Shown here: in pieces, positions 1 to 11,638 of the stretch | Position numbering within the stretch: the stretch's first letter is position 1 | How the letters are laid out: each line of letters opens with the position of its first letter | Source of the DNA: Aliivibrio fischeri ES114 | Lineage (GTDB): Bacteria > Pseudomonadota > Gammaproteobacteria > Enterobacterales > Vibrionaceae | Assembly: GCF_000011805.1 (NCBI RefSeq) | Contig: NC_006840.2 | DNA length: 32,000 nt | Strand: one strand, 5' to 3' | The notes under the pieces: model-generated | Told to the model about the DNA's origin: nothing | Databases searched by the model: none | The model's input: only the letters and a program-made list of their open reading frames with translations | Position numbers and translations under genes: made by a program

Positions 1-35
1 AGCGCCTTATATTCTACCGGACAATCTCAATGAGA

Positions 36-3000
36 TTATTCTTCGTCTTCTAACTCGATGTTGATACCAAGTGAGCGGATCTCTTTCAACAATACGTTGA
101 ATGATTCTGGCATACCTGGTTCCATACGATGATCGCCATCTACGATGTTCTTATACATCTTAGTACGACCGTTCACGTCATCCGACTTAACGGTTAGCAT
201 TTCTTGTAGAGTATATGCAGCACCATATGCTTCAAGTGCCCATACTTCCATCTCACCGAAACGCTGACCACCGAACTGAGCTTTACCACCTAGTGGTTGC
301 TGAGTTACAAGGCTGTAAGAGCCGGTAGAACGTGCGTGCATCTTGTCATCAACTAAGTGGTTCAGTTTTAGCATGTACATGTAACCAACAGTTACAGGAC
401 GCTCAAACGCATCACCAGTACGACCATCAAACAGTTTCAGCTGACCAGATTCTGGTAGATCAACAAGTTTTAATAGCTCTTTAATTGACGCTTCAGGAGC
501 ACCATCAAAGATTGGTGTAGCGATTGGTAAACCACCACGTAAGTTCTTAATTAAAGTACGAACTTCGTCATCAGACAGAGCAGCAATATCTACTTCTTGG
601 CGAGTTTCACCAAGATCGTATACTTTTTGTAAGAAGTTACGGAACTTATGCAGTTCTTGTTGCTCTTTAAGCATTTGGTTGATCTTATCACCAACACCTT
701 TAGCAGCAAGACCCATATGAACTTCAAGGATTTGACCGATGTTCATACGAGAAGGTACACCCAGTGGGTTCAATACGATATCTACTGGTTGACCTTTCTC
801 ATCATAAGGCATGTCTTCAACAGGGTTGATCTTAGAGATTACACCCTTGTTACCGTGACGACCCGCCATCTTATCACCAGGCTGAATACGACGTTTAACC
901 GCTAGGTAAACTTTAACGATCTTCAGTACGCCCGGTGCAAGATCATCACCTTGAGTGATCTTACGACGTTTAGTTTCAAACTTCTTATCGAACTCAGCTT
1001 TAAGTTCATCGTACTGTTCAGCAAGTTGCTCAAGTTGGTTTTGCTGCGCTTCGTCGTCAAGAGTGATTTCTAACCACTGTTTACGATCCATTGCATCAAG
1101 TTTAACTTCAGAAACACCCGCTGCTACAAGAAGTGTACGAACACGAGCTAATAGACCACCTTCAAGAATTTGGAACTCTTCAGTGATGTCTTTCTTAGCT
1201 TCTTTAAGCTGCATTTGTTCAATTTCTAGAGCACGTTTGTCTTTTTCAACACCATCACGCGTAAATACTTGTACGTCAATGATAGTACCTGAAACAGAGT
1301 TTGGTACACGTAGAGATGAATCTTTAACATCAGATGCTTTTTCACCGAAGATAGCACGTAGTAGCTTCTCTTCAGGAGTCAGTTGAGTTTCACCTTTAGG
1401 TGTTACTTTACCAACTAGGATGTCACCACCCTTAACTTCAGCACCAATGTAAACAATACCTGATTCGTCTAGTTTAGACAGAGCAGCTTCACCTACGTTA
1501 GGGATATCTGCAGTGATCTCTTCAGAACCAAGTTTAGTATCACGAGCCACACAAGATAGTTCTTGGATGTGAATCGTCGTGAAACGGTCTTCTTGAACTA
1601 CACGTTCAGAAACAAGGATTGAATCCTCGAAGTTATAACCATTCCAAGGCATGAATGCGATACGCATGTTCTGACCAAGTGCTAGCTCACCAAGGTCTGT
1701 TGAAGGACCATCAGCAAGAACATCACCACGAGTTACAGGTTCACCAGGAAGTACTGTAGGACGTTGGTTGATACACGTATTTTGGTTAGAACGAGTGTAT
1801 TTAGTTAAGTTGTAGATATCGATACCAGCTTCACCAGGTACCAACTCGTCTTCGTTAACTTTAATTACGATACGAGAAGCATCTACAGACTGAACCACAC
1901 CACCACGTTTAGCAACAGCTGTTACACCTGAGTCAACTGCTACGTTACGTTCAATACCAGTACCAACTAAAGGCTTATCAGCTTTTAATGTAGGTACAGC
2001 TTGACGTTGCATGTTCGCACCCATTAGGGCACGGTTCGCATCATCGTGTTCTAGGAACGGGATAAGCGAAGCAGCTACAGATACAACTTGGTTTGTCGCG
2101 ACATCCATATATTGGATGTGTTCACGAGGGTGTAGACCAGATTCACCTTTCTGACGAGCGATGATTAGTTCATCAGCAAAAGTACCTTCTTCAGTTAACA
2201 CGGCGTTAGCCTGTGCAATAACAAAAGTACCTTCTTCGATAGCAGATAGGTAATCAACTTGATCAGTTACTTGACCATCAACAACACGGCGGTATGGAGT
2301 CTCTAGGAAACCGTACTCGTTACATTGTGCAAATGCTGATAGTGAGTTAATCAGACCGATGTTTGGACCTTCAGGCGTTTCGATAGGACATAGGCGACCG
2401 TAGTGAGTCGCGTGTACGTCACGAACTTCGAAGCCAGCACGCTCACGAGTCAGACCACCAGGACCTAAAGCAGAAATACGACGTTTGTGCGTAACTTCTG
2501 ACAATGGGTTGTTTTGGTCCATAAACTGAGACAGCTGTGAAGAGCCAAAGAATTCTTTAACTGCAGCTGAGATCGGTTTAGCGTTGATAAGATCTTGAGG
2601 CATAATTGCATCAAGGTCACCAAGACTTAGACGCTCACGAACAGCACGTTCTACACGAACTAAACCAACACGGAATTGGTTTTCTGCCATTTCGCCAACA
2701 GAACGAATACGACGGTTACCTAGGTGGTCGATATCATCGACTTCACCAATACCGTTACGGATATCGATCAGTTTACGCATCACTTCAATGATGTCAGTCT
2801 CATCAAGAACGCCTGCACCTTCATCATTATCACGGCCAATAGAGCTATTGAACTTCATACGACCAACAGTCGATAAGTCATAGCGCTCTTCAGAGAAGAA
2901 TAGGCTTTCGAATAATGCTTCAGCAGCTTCTTTTGTTGGCGGCTCACCAGGGCGCATCATACGGTAAATTTCAACAAGCGCCGATAAACGATCAACAGTT

Positions 3001-4064
3001 GAATCTGCACGTAATGTGTCAGAAATGTATGCACCATGATCAAGATCGTTAGTAAATAGTACTTCGATCTTCTTGTAGCCAGCCTGAGATAAATTAGCCA
3101 GATCTTCTAAGCTAAACTCTTGGTTAGCTGCGATAATGATCTCGCCAGTGTCTTCATTCACGTAATCGTGAGAAGCCACTTTACCTACGATGTAGTCAAC
3201 TGGAACTTCAATATGAGTGATATCGTCTTTCGTTAACTGGCGAATATGACGCGCAGTAATACGACGGCCAGCTTCTACATAAACTTTGCCGTTAGCTTCA
3301 ATATCAAAAGTTGCAGTCTCACCACGTAAACGCTCAGGAATTAATTCCATCATTAACGTTTGATCTTTCACTTCAAAAACAACTTTATCGAAGAATAGAT
3401 CTAAGATCTCTTCAGTTGTTTTGTTCAGTGCACGTAGGATGATCGTTGCTGGTAATTTACGACGACGGTCAATACGTACGAATAAGTTATCCTTAGGATC
3501 AAATTCGAAATCTAACCATGAACCACGGTAAGGAATTACACGTGCGTTATAAAGAACTTTACCAGATGAATGGGTCTTACCCTTATCGCTGTCGAAGAAG
3601 ACACCTGGGCTGCGGTGCAGCTGGGATACGATAACCCTTTCAGTACCATTGATTACAAAAGTACCATTGTCTGTCATAAGCGGAATTTCGCCCATGTAGA
3701 CTTCTTGTTCTTTAATGTCTTTAACCGTGTTTGCTGGTGCATCTTTATCGTACACAACCAAACGCAGTTTCACACGTAGTGGTGCAGAATATGTAACACC
3801 ACGGATTTGACATTCTTTAACGTCAAATTCTGGCTCACGGAGATTGTAGCTAACGTATTCTAGCTTAGAGTTGCCGTTGTAGCTCTGAATTGGAAAAACA
3901 GAACGGAAGGCAGCCTCAAGACCGTATTGCCCTTCTGGATCTTGCTCGATAAATTTTGTAAAAGAATCAAGCTGGATCGATAGCAAGTATGGTATGTCCA
4001 ACACTTGTGGACGCTTACCAAAATCCTTACGGATGCGCTTTTTCTCTGTATAAGAGTAAACCAT
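36..4064 (-). CDS. rpoB: DNA-directed RNA polymerase subunit beta
   Basis: ORF 36..4142; the likely start is the internal Met ([19 protein letters not shown]...), giving 1342 aa. Classic RpoB motifs ([62 protein letters not shown]) and position downstream of rplL. Confidence 0.98.
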   Translation of the reverse strand: MVYSYTEKKRIRKDFGKRPQVLDIPYLLSIQLDSFTKFIEQDPEGQYGLEAAFRSVFPIQSYNGNSKLEYVSYNLREPEFDVKECQIRGVTYSAPLRVKLRLVVYDKDAPANTVKDIKEQEVYMGEIPLMTDNGTFVINGTERVIVSQLHRSPGVFFDSDKGKTHSSGKVLYNARVIPYRGSWLDFEFDPKDNLFVRIDRRRKLPATIILRALNKTTEEILDLFFDKVVFEVKDQTLMMELIPERLRGETATFDIEANGKVYVEAGRRITARHIRQLTKDDITHIEVPVDYIVGKVASHDYVNEDTGEIIIAANQEFSLEDLANLSQAGYKKIEVLFTNDLDHGAYISDTLRADSTVDRLSALVEIYRMMRPGEPPTKEAAEALFESLFFSEERYDLSTVGRMKFNSSIGRDNDEGAGVLDETDIIEVMRKLIDIRNGIGEVDDIDHLGNRRIRSVGEMAENQFRVGLVRVERAVRERLSLGDLDAIMPQDLINAKPISAAVKEFFGSSQLSQFMDQNNPLSEVTHKRRISALGPGGLTRERAGFEVRDVHATHYGRLCPIETPEGPNIGLINSLSAFAQCNEYGFLETPYRRVVDGQVTDQVDYLSAIEEGTFVIAQANAVLTEEGTFADELIIARQKGESGLHPREHIQYMDVATNQVVSVAASLIPFLEHDDANRALMGANMQRQAVPTLKADKPLVGTGIERNVAVDSGVTAVAKRGGVVQSVDASRIVIKVNEDELVPGEAGIDIYNLTKYTRSNQNTCINQRPTVLPGEPVTRGDVLADGPSTDLGELALGQNMRIAFMPWNGYNFEDSILVSERVVQEDRFTTIHIQELSCVARDTKLGSEEITADIPNVGEAALSKLDESGIVYIGAEVKGGDILVGKVTPKGETQLTPEEKLLRAIFGEKASDVKDSSLRVPNSVSGTIIDVQVFTRDGVEKDKRALEIEQMQLKEAKKDITEEFQILEGGLLARVRTLLVAAGVSEVKLDAMDRKQWLEITLDDEAQQNQLEQLAEQYDELKAEFDKKFETKRRKITQGDDLAPGVLKIVKVYLAVKRRIQPGDKMAGRHGNKGVISKINPVEDMPYDEKGQPVDIVLNPLGVPSRMNIGQILEVHMGLAAKGVGDKINQMLKEQQELHKFRNFLQKVYDLGETRQEVDIAALSDDEVRTLIKNLRGGLPIATPIFDGAPEASIKELLKLVDLPESGQLKLFDGRTGDAFERPVTVGYMYMLKLNHLVDDKMHARSTGSYSLVTQQPLGGKAQFGGQRFGEMEVWALEAYGAAYTLQEMLTVKSDDVNGRTKMYKNIVDGDHRMEPGMPESFNVLLKEIRSLGINIELEDEE

Positions 4065-4235
4065 GGGGTTCCTCAGCTCGCTGATAAGTGACCCGAACCG
4101 TCCGCCTTTGTCTTTAAAGGCTGGGACAGTGACTAATAACACTGTTTTCTGTAGGACATGTTCACTGATTTGTGATCATGTTTTTTGCTTGAGTGAGGGG
4201 TTCTAAACAGTGTGAAATTACCCTACACCCTACAG

Positions 4236-4269
4236 CGCAAAAAGGCCGGTGGTTAATAAACCACCAGCC
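4236..4269 (-). terminator. rplL-rpoB intergenic attenuator/terminator-like hairpin
   Basis: Minus strand GGCTGGTGGTTTATTAACCACCGGCCTTTTTG: strong stem followed by a short T-run between rplL and rpoB. Confidence 0.7.
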
Positions 4270-4301
4270 ATTAGCCGTTAGGCTATGAAACTAAGTAATA
4301 A

Positions 4302-4670
4302 TTACTTAACTTCAACAGAAGCACCAGCTTCTTCTAACTGAGCTTTAAGAGCTTCAGCTTCAGCTTTGTCAACGCCTTCTTTTAGAGGTGCTGGAGCTGA
4401 GTCTACAAGACCTTTAGCTTCTTTAAGACCTAGGCCAGTAGCGCCACGTACTGCTTTGATAACAGCAACTTTGTTAGCGCCAGCAGAAGTTAGGATTACG
4501 TCAAATTCAGATTGCTCTTCAGCAGCGTCGCCGCCAGCTGCGCCACCTGCAACTACTGCAGCAGCAGCAGTAACACCGAATTTTTCTTCCATAGCTTCGA
4601 TAAGCTCAACAACTTGCATTACAGACATTTCTGCAACTGCGTCTAGGATTTGCTCGTTAGTAATAGACAT
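4302..4670 (-). CDS. rplL: 50S ribosomal protein L7/L12
   Basis: 122 aa [36 protein letters not shown]...; canonical position. Confidence 0.98.
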   Translation of the reverse strand: MSITNEQILDAVAEMSVMQVVELIEAMEEKFGVTAAAAVVAGGAAGGDAAEEQSEFDVILTSAGANKVAVIKAVRGATGLGLKEAKGLVDSAPAPLKEGVDKAEAEALKAQLEEAGASVEVK

Positions 4671-4724
4671 AACAATTCTCTTTTAAGTCAACAATAATTT
4701 ATTTTGTAACCAGTTAAGCAAGGC

Positions 4725-5218
4725 TTATGCCGCAGCTTCTTCTTTTTGGTCACGAACAGCAGCGATAGTACGAACCAGCTTGCCAGCAGAAGCTTCTTTC
4801 ATGCACATCATTAGGCGTGCAATTGCTTCGTCGTAAGTTGGTAGTGTCGCTAGTACATCAGCATCAGTAACTGCGCCTTCAAATGCAGCAGCTTTGATCT
4901 CGAAATCTTTATTCTCTTTAGCGAAGTCTTTGAAAAGACGCGCTGCAGCACCTGGGTGCTCGTTAGAGAATGCAAGTAGAGATGGACCAGTGAAAGTGTC
5001 AGTTAGACACTCATACTCAGTACCTTCTACTGCACGGCGTGCTAATGTGTTACGAACAACTTTCATGTAAACGCCCGCTTCACGCGCTTGTTTACGTAGA
5101 ACAGTCATCGCAGCAACAGGAACGCCACGAGAGTCAGCTACAACTGCAGAAAGTGCACCACTGGCTGCTTCGTTGACTTCAGCAACAATTGCTTTTTGTC
5201 TTGAAGATTTAAAGCCAT
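4725..5218 (-). CDS. rplJ: 50S ribosomal protein L10; reading frame is interrupted by an apparent 1-nt deletion near the 5' end
   Basis: The ORF track gives 4725..5108 ([12 protein letters not shown]...). The same frame continues upstream as ...[29 protein letters not shown], but the ATG with SD (AGAGG) at 5216-5218 starts MALNLQDKK... in another frame. The span is 494 nt (165 codons minus 1). Confidence 0.93.
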
Positions 5219-5320
5219 TTGGATTAACCTCTGGTTGTGATTACACCACTCACTACAAAATGTAGGAGAGTAAATACGATGCAGTCACAAAAAACCAATT
5301 TTTACAAAATTGATTTCAAG

Positions 5321-5385
5321 TTCGGGCACCGTCTACGCAGGTTTTATTAAGCTCTTTCGAGCGCCTACGGTCTTGGACGGAGACT
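5321..5385 (-). promoter_or_regulatory. L10 leader autoregulatory mRNA element
   Basis: Minus strand TCTCCGTCCAAGACCGTAGGCGCTCGAAAGAGCTTAATAAAACCTGCGTAGACGGTG closely resembles the E. coli rplJ leader as recalled (CTCCGTCGAAGACCGCAGG...CTTAATCCCCTGCGTAGACGGTG); located between rplA and rplJ. Confidence 0.82.
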
Positions 5386-5463
5386 TCCTAATTAAAAATC
5401 AGAAAGCCCCAACCATAAATTTGATAGGCGGAAAATTATACATGAATTTCCCACCTTTGCAAA

Positions 5464-6168
5464 TTAGTTTGTTTGTGTATTTAGAGTCGCTTGATCTAAA
5501 GATACACCAGCACCCATTGTAGTAGAGATGCTTACCTTCTTCACGAAAGTACCTTTCGCAGAAGTTGGTTTTGCTTTCTTAAGTGCAACTAAAAGAGCTT
5601 CTAGGTTCTCTTTAAGTTGAGCAGCATCAAAGTCCACTTTACCGATAGTAGTGTGGATGATGCCGTTTTTGTCGTTACGGTAACGAACTTGACCAGCTTT
5701 AGCATTCTTAACTGCTTCAGCAACGTTAGGCGTTACAGTACCAACTTTAGGGTTTGGCATAAGACCGCGAGGACCTAGGATTGTACCTAGTTGACCAACA
5801 ACGCGCATTGCATCTGGAGAAGCAACAACAACGTCAAAGTTCATTTCGCCTTTCTTAACTAGTTCAGCAAGATCTTCCATACCAACTAGATCAGCACCAG
5901 CTTCTTTAGCAGCTTCTGCGTTTGCACCTTGAGTGAACACAGCAACACGGATTTCACGACCAGTACCGTGTGGTAGCACAGTTGCGCCACGAACGTTTTG
6001 GTCAGATTTACGTGCATCGATGCCAAGGTTAACAGCAACGTCAACGCTTTCTGTGAACTTAGCAGTAGCAAGTTCTTTTAGAAGAGCAACAGCTTCGTTG
6101 ATGTCGTATTCTTTAGTAACTTCAACTTTTTCGCGGATATTGCGCATGCGCTTAGTAAGTTTTGCCAT
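5464..6168 (-). CDS. rplA: 50S ribosomal protein L1
   Basis: 234 aa [37 protein letters not shown]... Confidence 0.98.
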   Translation of the reverse strand: MAKLTKRMRNIREKVEVTKEYDINEAVALLKELATAKFTESVDVAVNLGIDARKSDQNVRGATVLPHGTGREIRVAVFTQGANAEAAKEAGADLVGMEDLAELVKKGEMNFDVVVASPDAMRVVGQLGTILGPRGLMPNPKVGTVTPNVAEAVKNAKAGQVRYRNDKNGIIHTTIGKVDFDAAQLKENLEALLVALKKAKPTSAKGTFVKKVSISTTMGAGVSLDQATLNTQTN

Positions 6169-6172
6169 TATA

Positions 6173-6601
6173 TTAACCCTCTACCACTAGGCCCATTGAA
6201 CGAGCAGTACCAGCAATTGAACGCTTCATAGCTTCAATGTCAGCACCAGTCATGTCCGCAGCTTTAGTTTCTGCGATCTCTTGTAGTTGAGCGTCAGTAA
6301 CAGTACCAACTTTCTCAGTGTTTGGACGACCAGAACCAGACTTAACGCCTGCAGCTTTCTTAAGAAGAACTGCTGCTGGTGGAGTCTTAGTTACGAACGT
6401 GAAAGAACGGTCGTTGTATACAGAGATAACTACTGGGATTGGTAGACCTTTCTCGATAGATTCTGTTTTTGCGTTAAACGCTTTACAGAATTCCATGATG
6501 TTCACACCGTGTTGACCTAGTGCAGGACCAACTGGTGGACTTGGGTTCGCCATACCTGCTGCAACTTGCAGTTTGATATAAGCTTCAACTTTCTTAGCCA
6601 T
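6173..6601 (-). CDS. rplK: 50S ribosomal protein L11
   Basis: 142 aa [49 protein letters not shown]... Confidence 0.98.
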
Positions 6602-6656
6602 GATATTTCCTAATACTTGGGTTCAAACGCTATCCAACTGGATTAGCTCCCCGTTA

Positions 6657-6695
6657 ACAAAAAGGCGCGAAATTATAGTAATAATTCGCGCCTTT
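6657..6695 (-). terminator. nusG-rplK intergenic terminator
   Basis: Minus strand AAAGGCGCGAATTATTACTATAATTTCGCGCCTTTTTG: GC-rich stem plus T-run. Confidence 0.75.
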
Positions 6696-6721
6696 GACAA
6701 TACCTTTTGCTGATTTTTCGA

Positions 6722-7267
6722 TCAGTTTTTTTCTACTTGGCTGAACTCTAGTTCTACTGGAGTTGCACGACCAAAGATAGATACAGATACTTTTAAGCGA
6801 CTCTTTTCGTAATCCACTTCTTCAACAGTACCGTTAAAGTCTGCGAATGGGCCTTCTGTAACACGAACCACTTCACCAGCTTCAAACAATGTCTTAGGAC
6901 GTGGAGCTTCACTCGCTTGCTCAAGACGGTTTAAAATGGCATCCGCTTCTTTATCAGTAATTGGTGCAGGGCGATCCGAAGTACCACCAATGAACCCCAT
7001 TACACGTGGAATACTACGTACTAAGTGCCATGATTCATCATTCATGATCATTTGCACTAGAACGTAACCAGGGAAAAATTTACGTTCGCTTTTACGACGT
7101 TGGCCAGCACGCATTTCTACCACTTCTTCAGTTGGTACTAGTACTTCACCAAATAACTCTTCCATGTTATGCATTTTAATATGTTCGCGTAGCGATTGAG
7201 ATACACGACCTTCAAAGCCTGAAAAAGCTTGAACTACATACCAACGTTTTTTTGGAGCTTCACTCAT
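6722..7267 (-). CDS. nusG: Transcription termination/antitermination factor NusG
   Basis: ORF 6722..7273; likely start at [22 protein letters not shown]...; KOW region [27 protein letters not shown]. Confidence 0.97.
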   Translation of the reverse strand: MSEAPKKRWYVVQAFSGFEGRVSQSLREHIKMHNMEELFGEVLVPTEEVVEMRAGQRRKSERKFFPGYVLVQMIMNDESWHLVRSIPRVMGFIGGTSDRPAPITDKEADAILNRLEQASEAPRPKTLFEAGEVVRVTEGPFADFNGTVEEVDYEKSRLKVSVSIFGRATPVELEFSQVEKN

Positions 7268-7279
7268 GATCACTTATCC

Positions 7280-7657
7280 TCAAACACCTGTGATTAAGCC
7301 AATTAGTCTAACCATAATACCATCAATGCCCCATAAAATCAGAGCCATCACGATACATACAGCTAGAACAATGAAAGTTGTTTGTGTTGTTTCTTGGCGT
7401 GTAAGCCAAACAACCTTTCTAACTTCCATTCTTGATTCACGAGCAAATGCAATTGCAGTTTGACCTTTTGCTGTGAAAGCAGCAATACCACCAGCAGCAG
7501 CAATTAATGCAACCACACCGGCAGCTCGAATAACAACAGATAAATACGCTAGTAAGTAATTACCAACAACAGCAGCAGATAATAGAACTAAAACAAGTAA
7601 CCATTTTACTGTATCAGCTGCGCCTGAAGTTTCTGTTGTCTCAGTATTTGTTTTCAT
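7280..7657 (-). CDS. secE: Preprotein translocase subunit SecE
   Basis: ORF 7280..7696; likely start MKTNTETTETSG...; C-terminal SecE signature EVRKVVWLTRQETTQTTFIVLAVCIVMALILWGIDGIMV. Confidence 0.93.
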   Translation of the reverse strand: MKTNTETTETSGAADTVKWLLVLVLLSAAVVGNYLLAYLSVVIRAAGVVALIAAAGGIAAFTAKGQTAIAFARESRMEVRKVVWLTRQETTQTTFIVLAVCIVMALILWGIDGIMVRLIGLITGV

Positions 7658-7826
7658 AAACCAACCTGTGACATAACCATAATTTACTTCTATCACTTGA
7701 TAGAAATTGTTAACCAGACTTAATATAGCCTAGTATCTTCATTCCATAAACCAACAATTTCGTTGATTCATCTGCGCTGTGCTGTGTATTTTCTAAAAAT
7801 GCAAAACAACACACAATACAACGCAG

Positions 7827-7855
7827 AAAAAGGGCATCAAATGATGCCCTTTTTA
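7827..7855 (-). terminator. tuf transcript terminator
   Basis: AAAAAGGGCATCAAATGATGCCCTTTTT immediately 3' of the tuf stop codon. Confidence 0.85.
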
Positions 7856-7873
7856 CTAGTACTTAGTCAAATC

Positions 7874-9058
7874 TTAAGCAAAGATTTTAGCAACAACACC
7901 AGCACCAACTGTACGGCCACCTTCACGGATCGCGAAGCGTAGACCTTCGTCCATTGCGATTGGAGCGATTAGCTCAACCGTCATTTGAACGTTATCACCT
8001 GGCATTACCATTTCTACGCCTTCTGGTAGAGTGATGTCGCCTGTTACGTCAGTTGTACGGAAGTAGAACTGTGGACGGTAACCTTTGAAGAAAGGAGTGT
8101 GACGGCCGCCTTCATCTTTAGAAAGAACGTACACTTCTGACTCAAATTTAGTGTGTGGGTTGATTGAACCTTTAGCAGCAAGTACTTGGCCACGTTCAAC
8201 GTCATCACGCTTAGTACCACGTAGTAGTGCACCAACGTTCTCACCTGCACGACCTTCGTCAAGCAGTTTACGGAACATTTCAACACCTGTACAAGTAGTC
8301 ATTGTTGTTTCTTTGATACCAACGATTTCTACTTCGTCACCTACGCGTAGGATACCACGCTCGATACGACCAGTTACAACTGTACCACGACCTTGGATTG
8401 AGAATACATCTTCAATTGGTAGTAGGAACGGTTGGTCAACAGCACGCTCTGGTTCTGGGATGTAAGAATCTAGTGCTTCTGCAAGCTCAACGATCTTGTC
8501 TTCCCACTCTTTTTCGCCGTTTAGAGCGCCAAGAGCTGAACCTTGAATTACTGGTAGATCATCACCTGGGAAGTCGTACTCAGAAAGAAGTTCACGAACT
8601 TCCATTTCAACTAGTTCTAGAAGCTCTTCATCATCAACCATGTCACATTTGTTCATGAATACGATGATGTAAGGGATACCAACTTGACGACCAAGTAGGA
8701 TGTGCTCACGAGTTTGTGGCATTGGACCATCTGTTGCAGCAACAACTAGGATACCACCATCCATTTGAGCAGCACCAGTGATCATATTTTTAACATAATC
8801 GGCGTGTCCAGGACAGTCAACGTGTGCGTAGTGACGTGCAGGAGTATCGTACTCAACGTGAGAAGTTGAGATTGTGATACCACGCTCGCGCTCTTCAGGA
8901 GCGTTATCGATTGATGCGAAATCTTTAGCTACACCGCCGTAGATTTTTGCAAGTGTAGTACAGATAGCAGCTGTTAGAGTTGTTTTACCGTGGTCAACGT
9001 GGCCGATAGTACCAACGTTTACGTGCGGTTTCGTACGTTCAAATTTTTCTTTAGACAT
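7874..9058 (-). CDS. tufB: Elongation factor Tu
   Basis: 394 aa, [32 protein letters not shown]...; downstream of the four-tRNA cluster, as for E. coli tufB. Confidence 0.97.
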   Translation of the reverse strand: MSKEKFERTKPHVNVGTIGHVDHGKTTLTAAICTTLAKIYGGVAKDFASIDNAPEERERGITISTSHVEYDTPARHYAHVDCPGHADYVKNMITGAAQMDGGILVVAATDGPMPQTREHILLGRQVGIPYIIVFMNKCDMVDDEELLELVEMEVRELLSEYDFPGDDLPVIQGSALGALNGEKEWEDKIVELAEALDSYIPEPERAVDQPFLLPIEDVFSIQGRGTVVTGRIERGILRVGDEVEIVGIKETTMTTCTGVEMFRKLLDEGRAGENVGALLRGTKRDDVERGQVLAAKGSINPHTKFESEVYVLSKDEGGRHTPFFKGYRPQFYFRTTDVTGDITLPEGVEMVMPGDNVQMTVELIAPIAMDEGLRFAIREGGRTVGAGVVAKIFA

Positions 9059-9156
9059 GGATAGTCCCTCTAGGTACGGATATTAGTGGCTTTGAATGAC
9101 CACGTAACCAAATATAGATTGAATATATGATTTTTTAAAAGGAGAAATAGGCAATC

Positions 9157-9232
9157 TGGTGCTAATACCCAGATTTGAACTGGGGACCTCACCCTTACCA
9201 AGGGTGCGCTCTACCAACTGAGCTATATCAGC
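9157..9232 (-). tRNA. tRNA-Thr(GGT)
   Basis: GCTGATATAGCTCAGTTGGTAGAGCGCACCCTTGGTAAGGGTGAGGTCCCCAGTTCAAATCTGGGTATTAGCACCA. Confidence 0.96.
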
Positions 9233-9244
9233 GCACAAAAGATA

Positions 9245-9319
<75 letters not shown>

Positions 9320-9354
9320 ACACGTAACTCGATTGAGCTATTTAACCTGAAATA

Positions 9355-9438
<84 letters not shown>

Positions 9439-9471
9439 AAATTTTACTTTTACTTCCGAAAAAAGTAAAAG

Positions 9472-9547
<76 letters not shown>

Positions 9548-9560
9548 ACAATTGGTGCGC

Positions 9561-9589
9561 ATTCTAGTGAATCTAGAAATATCATGCAA
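9561..9589 (-). promoter_or_regulatory. Predicted sigma70 promoter for the thr-tyr-gly-thr tRNA / tuf unit
   Basis: Minus strand TTGCAT-N17-TAGAAT, with -10 about 14 nt upstream of the tRNA-Thr 5' end. Confidence 0.65.
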
Positions 9590-9740
9590 CTGAAAATTCA
9601 AATAAAACGTTTTTTTTTGCTTTTTTACCCAAAAAGTTGTCTATCTCATCAAATCAATAACCAAAAAGTAATAAGACCGCTTTTTTCTTAAAGAGGCTTA
9701 TTGTATTGTTCAACATTCATTAATCCACTAGGTAAGTCAT

Positions 9741-10664
9741 GTGAACTCTTATTTAACATTTACTCGTGAGCATTGGGCTGAATTGAGAAAATCAACGCCT
9801 ATGACACTTACAGAAAAAGAGTTAACGAGCTTACGAGGCATCAATGAAAATATAAGCATTGATGAAGTGAGTGAAATTTATTTGCCTTTAATTCGCTTGT
9901 TGCAATTACATATTGATAGCCATCGCGAAAAAAATATTATTTTAGAAAAATTTCTTTCACATCAAGATATAAAGTCACCTTTTATTATTGGTATAGCAGG
10001 AAGTGTTGCAGTAGGGAAAAGTACAACAGCAAGAATCATTCAGACTCTGCTCAAACAGTTATTACCACACTTAGATACTCAACTGGTGACAACAGATGGT
10101 TTTCTTTATCCTAATGAAGTTCTAAAAGCTAAGAACATCATGCATAAAAAAGGCTTTCCAGAGTCTTATGACACCCACTCTTTGGTTTCTTTTGTTTCTG
10201 ATGTAAAGTCGGGGAAAAAATCGGTATCGGCACCTTTATATTCACACCTAACTTATAACGTAACCGGTGAACGAAAAGTTGTTGAATCGCCTGACATATT
10301 AATCATTGAGGGTTTAAATGTACTTCAAAATGGTAACGATTATCCTGACGATCAGCATCACCGTTTTGTTTCAGACTTTCTTAACTTCTCAATATATGTT
10401 GACGCATCACCAGAACAACTTAAAGAATGGTATGTTGAGCGTTTTTTAAAATTACGAGAAAGTGCCTTTAAAGAACATGGATCTTATTTTTCGCACTACA
10501 CAGAATTATCTACCGCAGACTCAATTAAAAAAGCTCAACATATTTGGGATACAATTAATGGCCTCAACCTTGAGGAAAACATCTTACCAACAAAGAATCG
10601 AGCTAGTCTTATTCTTTCAAAAGGTGAAAACCATTCAATTAACCAAGTAGCAATAAGAAAGTAG
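9741..10664 (+). CDS. coaA: Pantothenate kinase (type I)
   Basis: 307 aa; Walker A GIAGSVAVGKSTTARI, EGLNVLQ; adjacent to birA/tRNA cluster as in other Gammaproteobacteria. Confidence 0.95.
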   Translation: MNSYLTFTREHWAELRKSTPMTLTEKELTSLRGINENISIDEVSEIYLPLIRLLQLHIDSHREKNIILEKFLSHQDIKSPFIIGIAGSVAVGKSTTARIIQTLLKQLLPHLDTQLVTTDGFLYPNEVLKAKNIMHKKGFPESYDTHSLVSFVSDVKSGKKSVSAPLYSHLTYNVTGERKVVESPDILIIEGLNVLQNGNDYPDDQHHRFVSDFLNFSIYVDASPEQLKEWYVERFLKLRESAFKEHGSYFSHYTELSTADSIKKAQHIWDTINGLNLEENILPTKNRASLILSKGENHSINQVAIRK

Positions 10665-10681
10665 CAATAAGAAAGTAGCTA

Positions 10682-11638
10682 TTATTTCTTTATAGATATT
10701 TCACCACCATTATAAGCCGTTAGGCCATCAGCATTGATAAGTAGCAGTGCACCTTGAGCATCAATACCGTTGCAAACTCCTGTGACGGTACCATTTCCTA
10801 ATTGAAGCGAAATTTCTTGGCCTTTAAAATTGTCATATCTATTCCATCTTTCAATAAAGTGGGATAGACCAAAACACTCAAACGCTTTCATCGTTTCTTC
10901 AAGCGAAACCAATAATGTATTCGCTAATTTATTTCTAATGTGGTTTTGGCCAAGAATCGTTTTTAAATCAACCCAAGGTTGGTCTATTTCAGAAGTAAAT
11001 CTTTCACTAAGGTCTACATTAATTCCGATACCTATGACCACATGGGCGGCACCACCTGATTGAGCCGAAAGTTCAATCAGAACACCGCCTAGCTTTCGGT
11101 TATTCCAATAAATATCATTAGGCCACTTTAATTTAAGACCACTACAGCCTAAGTTTTCCAGGGCTTCAACAACAGCAATACCAACAGCTAAACTTAATCC
11201 CATCGTAGCAGCAAGACCATCATCTAATCTCCAATAGAGAGACAAATAGATATTTCCACCAAATGGAGATACCCATGAGCGCCCTCTTCGGCCTCGCCCA
11301 GCAGATTGATATTCAGCTATACAAGATTGTCCGCACTCAAGAGAGGTCATATTATTTAGCAAATACTGATTTGTTGAATCAACAACGCCAAGAACTTCAG
11401 GTTTCGGTAGCTTATTATGAGAAACTAATTCTTGTTGTAATAACTCAATAGGAGTTGAGAGTGAGTAACCTTTACCTTTTACTTTGTAAATCTCAAGTCC
11501 CCAACTCTGAATCACATTAATGTGTTTGCTTATTGCGGCTCGAGAGATATTAAGTTGTTCACCCAACTCTTCACCTGAATGAAAGTGTCCATCACTAAGC
11601 AGTCTTAAGATCTCAAGTTTTTTAGTGTGTTCTTTCAT
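10682..11638 (-). CDS. birA: Bifunctional biotin operon repressor / biotin-[acetyl-CoA-carboxylase] ligase
   Basis: ORF 10682..11671; start at MKEHTKKLEILRLLSDG; HTH plus AGRGRRGRSWVSPFGGNIYLSLYWRL and WPNDIYWNNRKLGGVLIE. Confidence 0.95.
   Translation of the reverse strand: MKEHTKKLEILRLLSDGHFHSGEELGEQLNISRAAISKHINVIQSWGLEIYKVKGKGYSLSTPIELLQQELVSHNKLPKPEVLGVVDSTNQYLLNNMTSLECGQSCIAEYQSAGRGRRGRSWVSPFGGNIYLSLYWRLDDGLAATMGLSLAVGIAVVEALENLGCSGLKLKWPNDIYWNNRKLGGVLIELSAQSGGAAHVVIGIGINVDLSERFTSEIDQPWVDLKTILGQNHIRNKLANTLLVSLEETMKAFECFGLSHFIERWNRYDNFKGQEISLQLGNGTVTGVCNGIDAQGALLLINADGLTAYNGGEISIKK

Noticed and set aside
648-3779. Plus-strand ORFs opposite rpoB (648-905, 955-1386, 2606-2791, 3570-3779)
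   Set aside because: Antisense to a highly conserved essential gene, without recognisable domains; expected by chance from rpoB codon structure.
5310-5522. Plus-strand ORF MISSSGTVYAGFIKLF...
   Set aside because: Covers the L10 leader RNA and the rplA 3' end; low-plausibility peptide, better explained by the regulatory leader.
8044-8658. ORFs antisense to tuf (8044-8286, 8151-8465, 8398-8658)
   Set aside because: Overlap EF-Tu; no domain or translation signal support.
10462-11451. Small ORFs inside coaA and opposite birA (10462-10650, 10830-11063, 11263-11451)
   Set aside because: Fully contained in or opposite confident genes, no supporting features.
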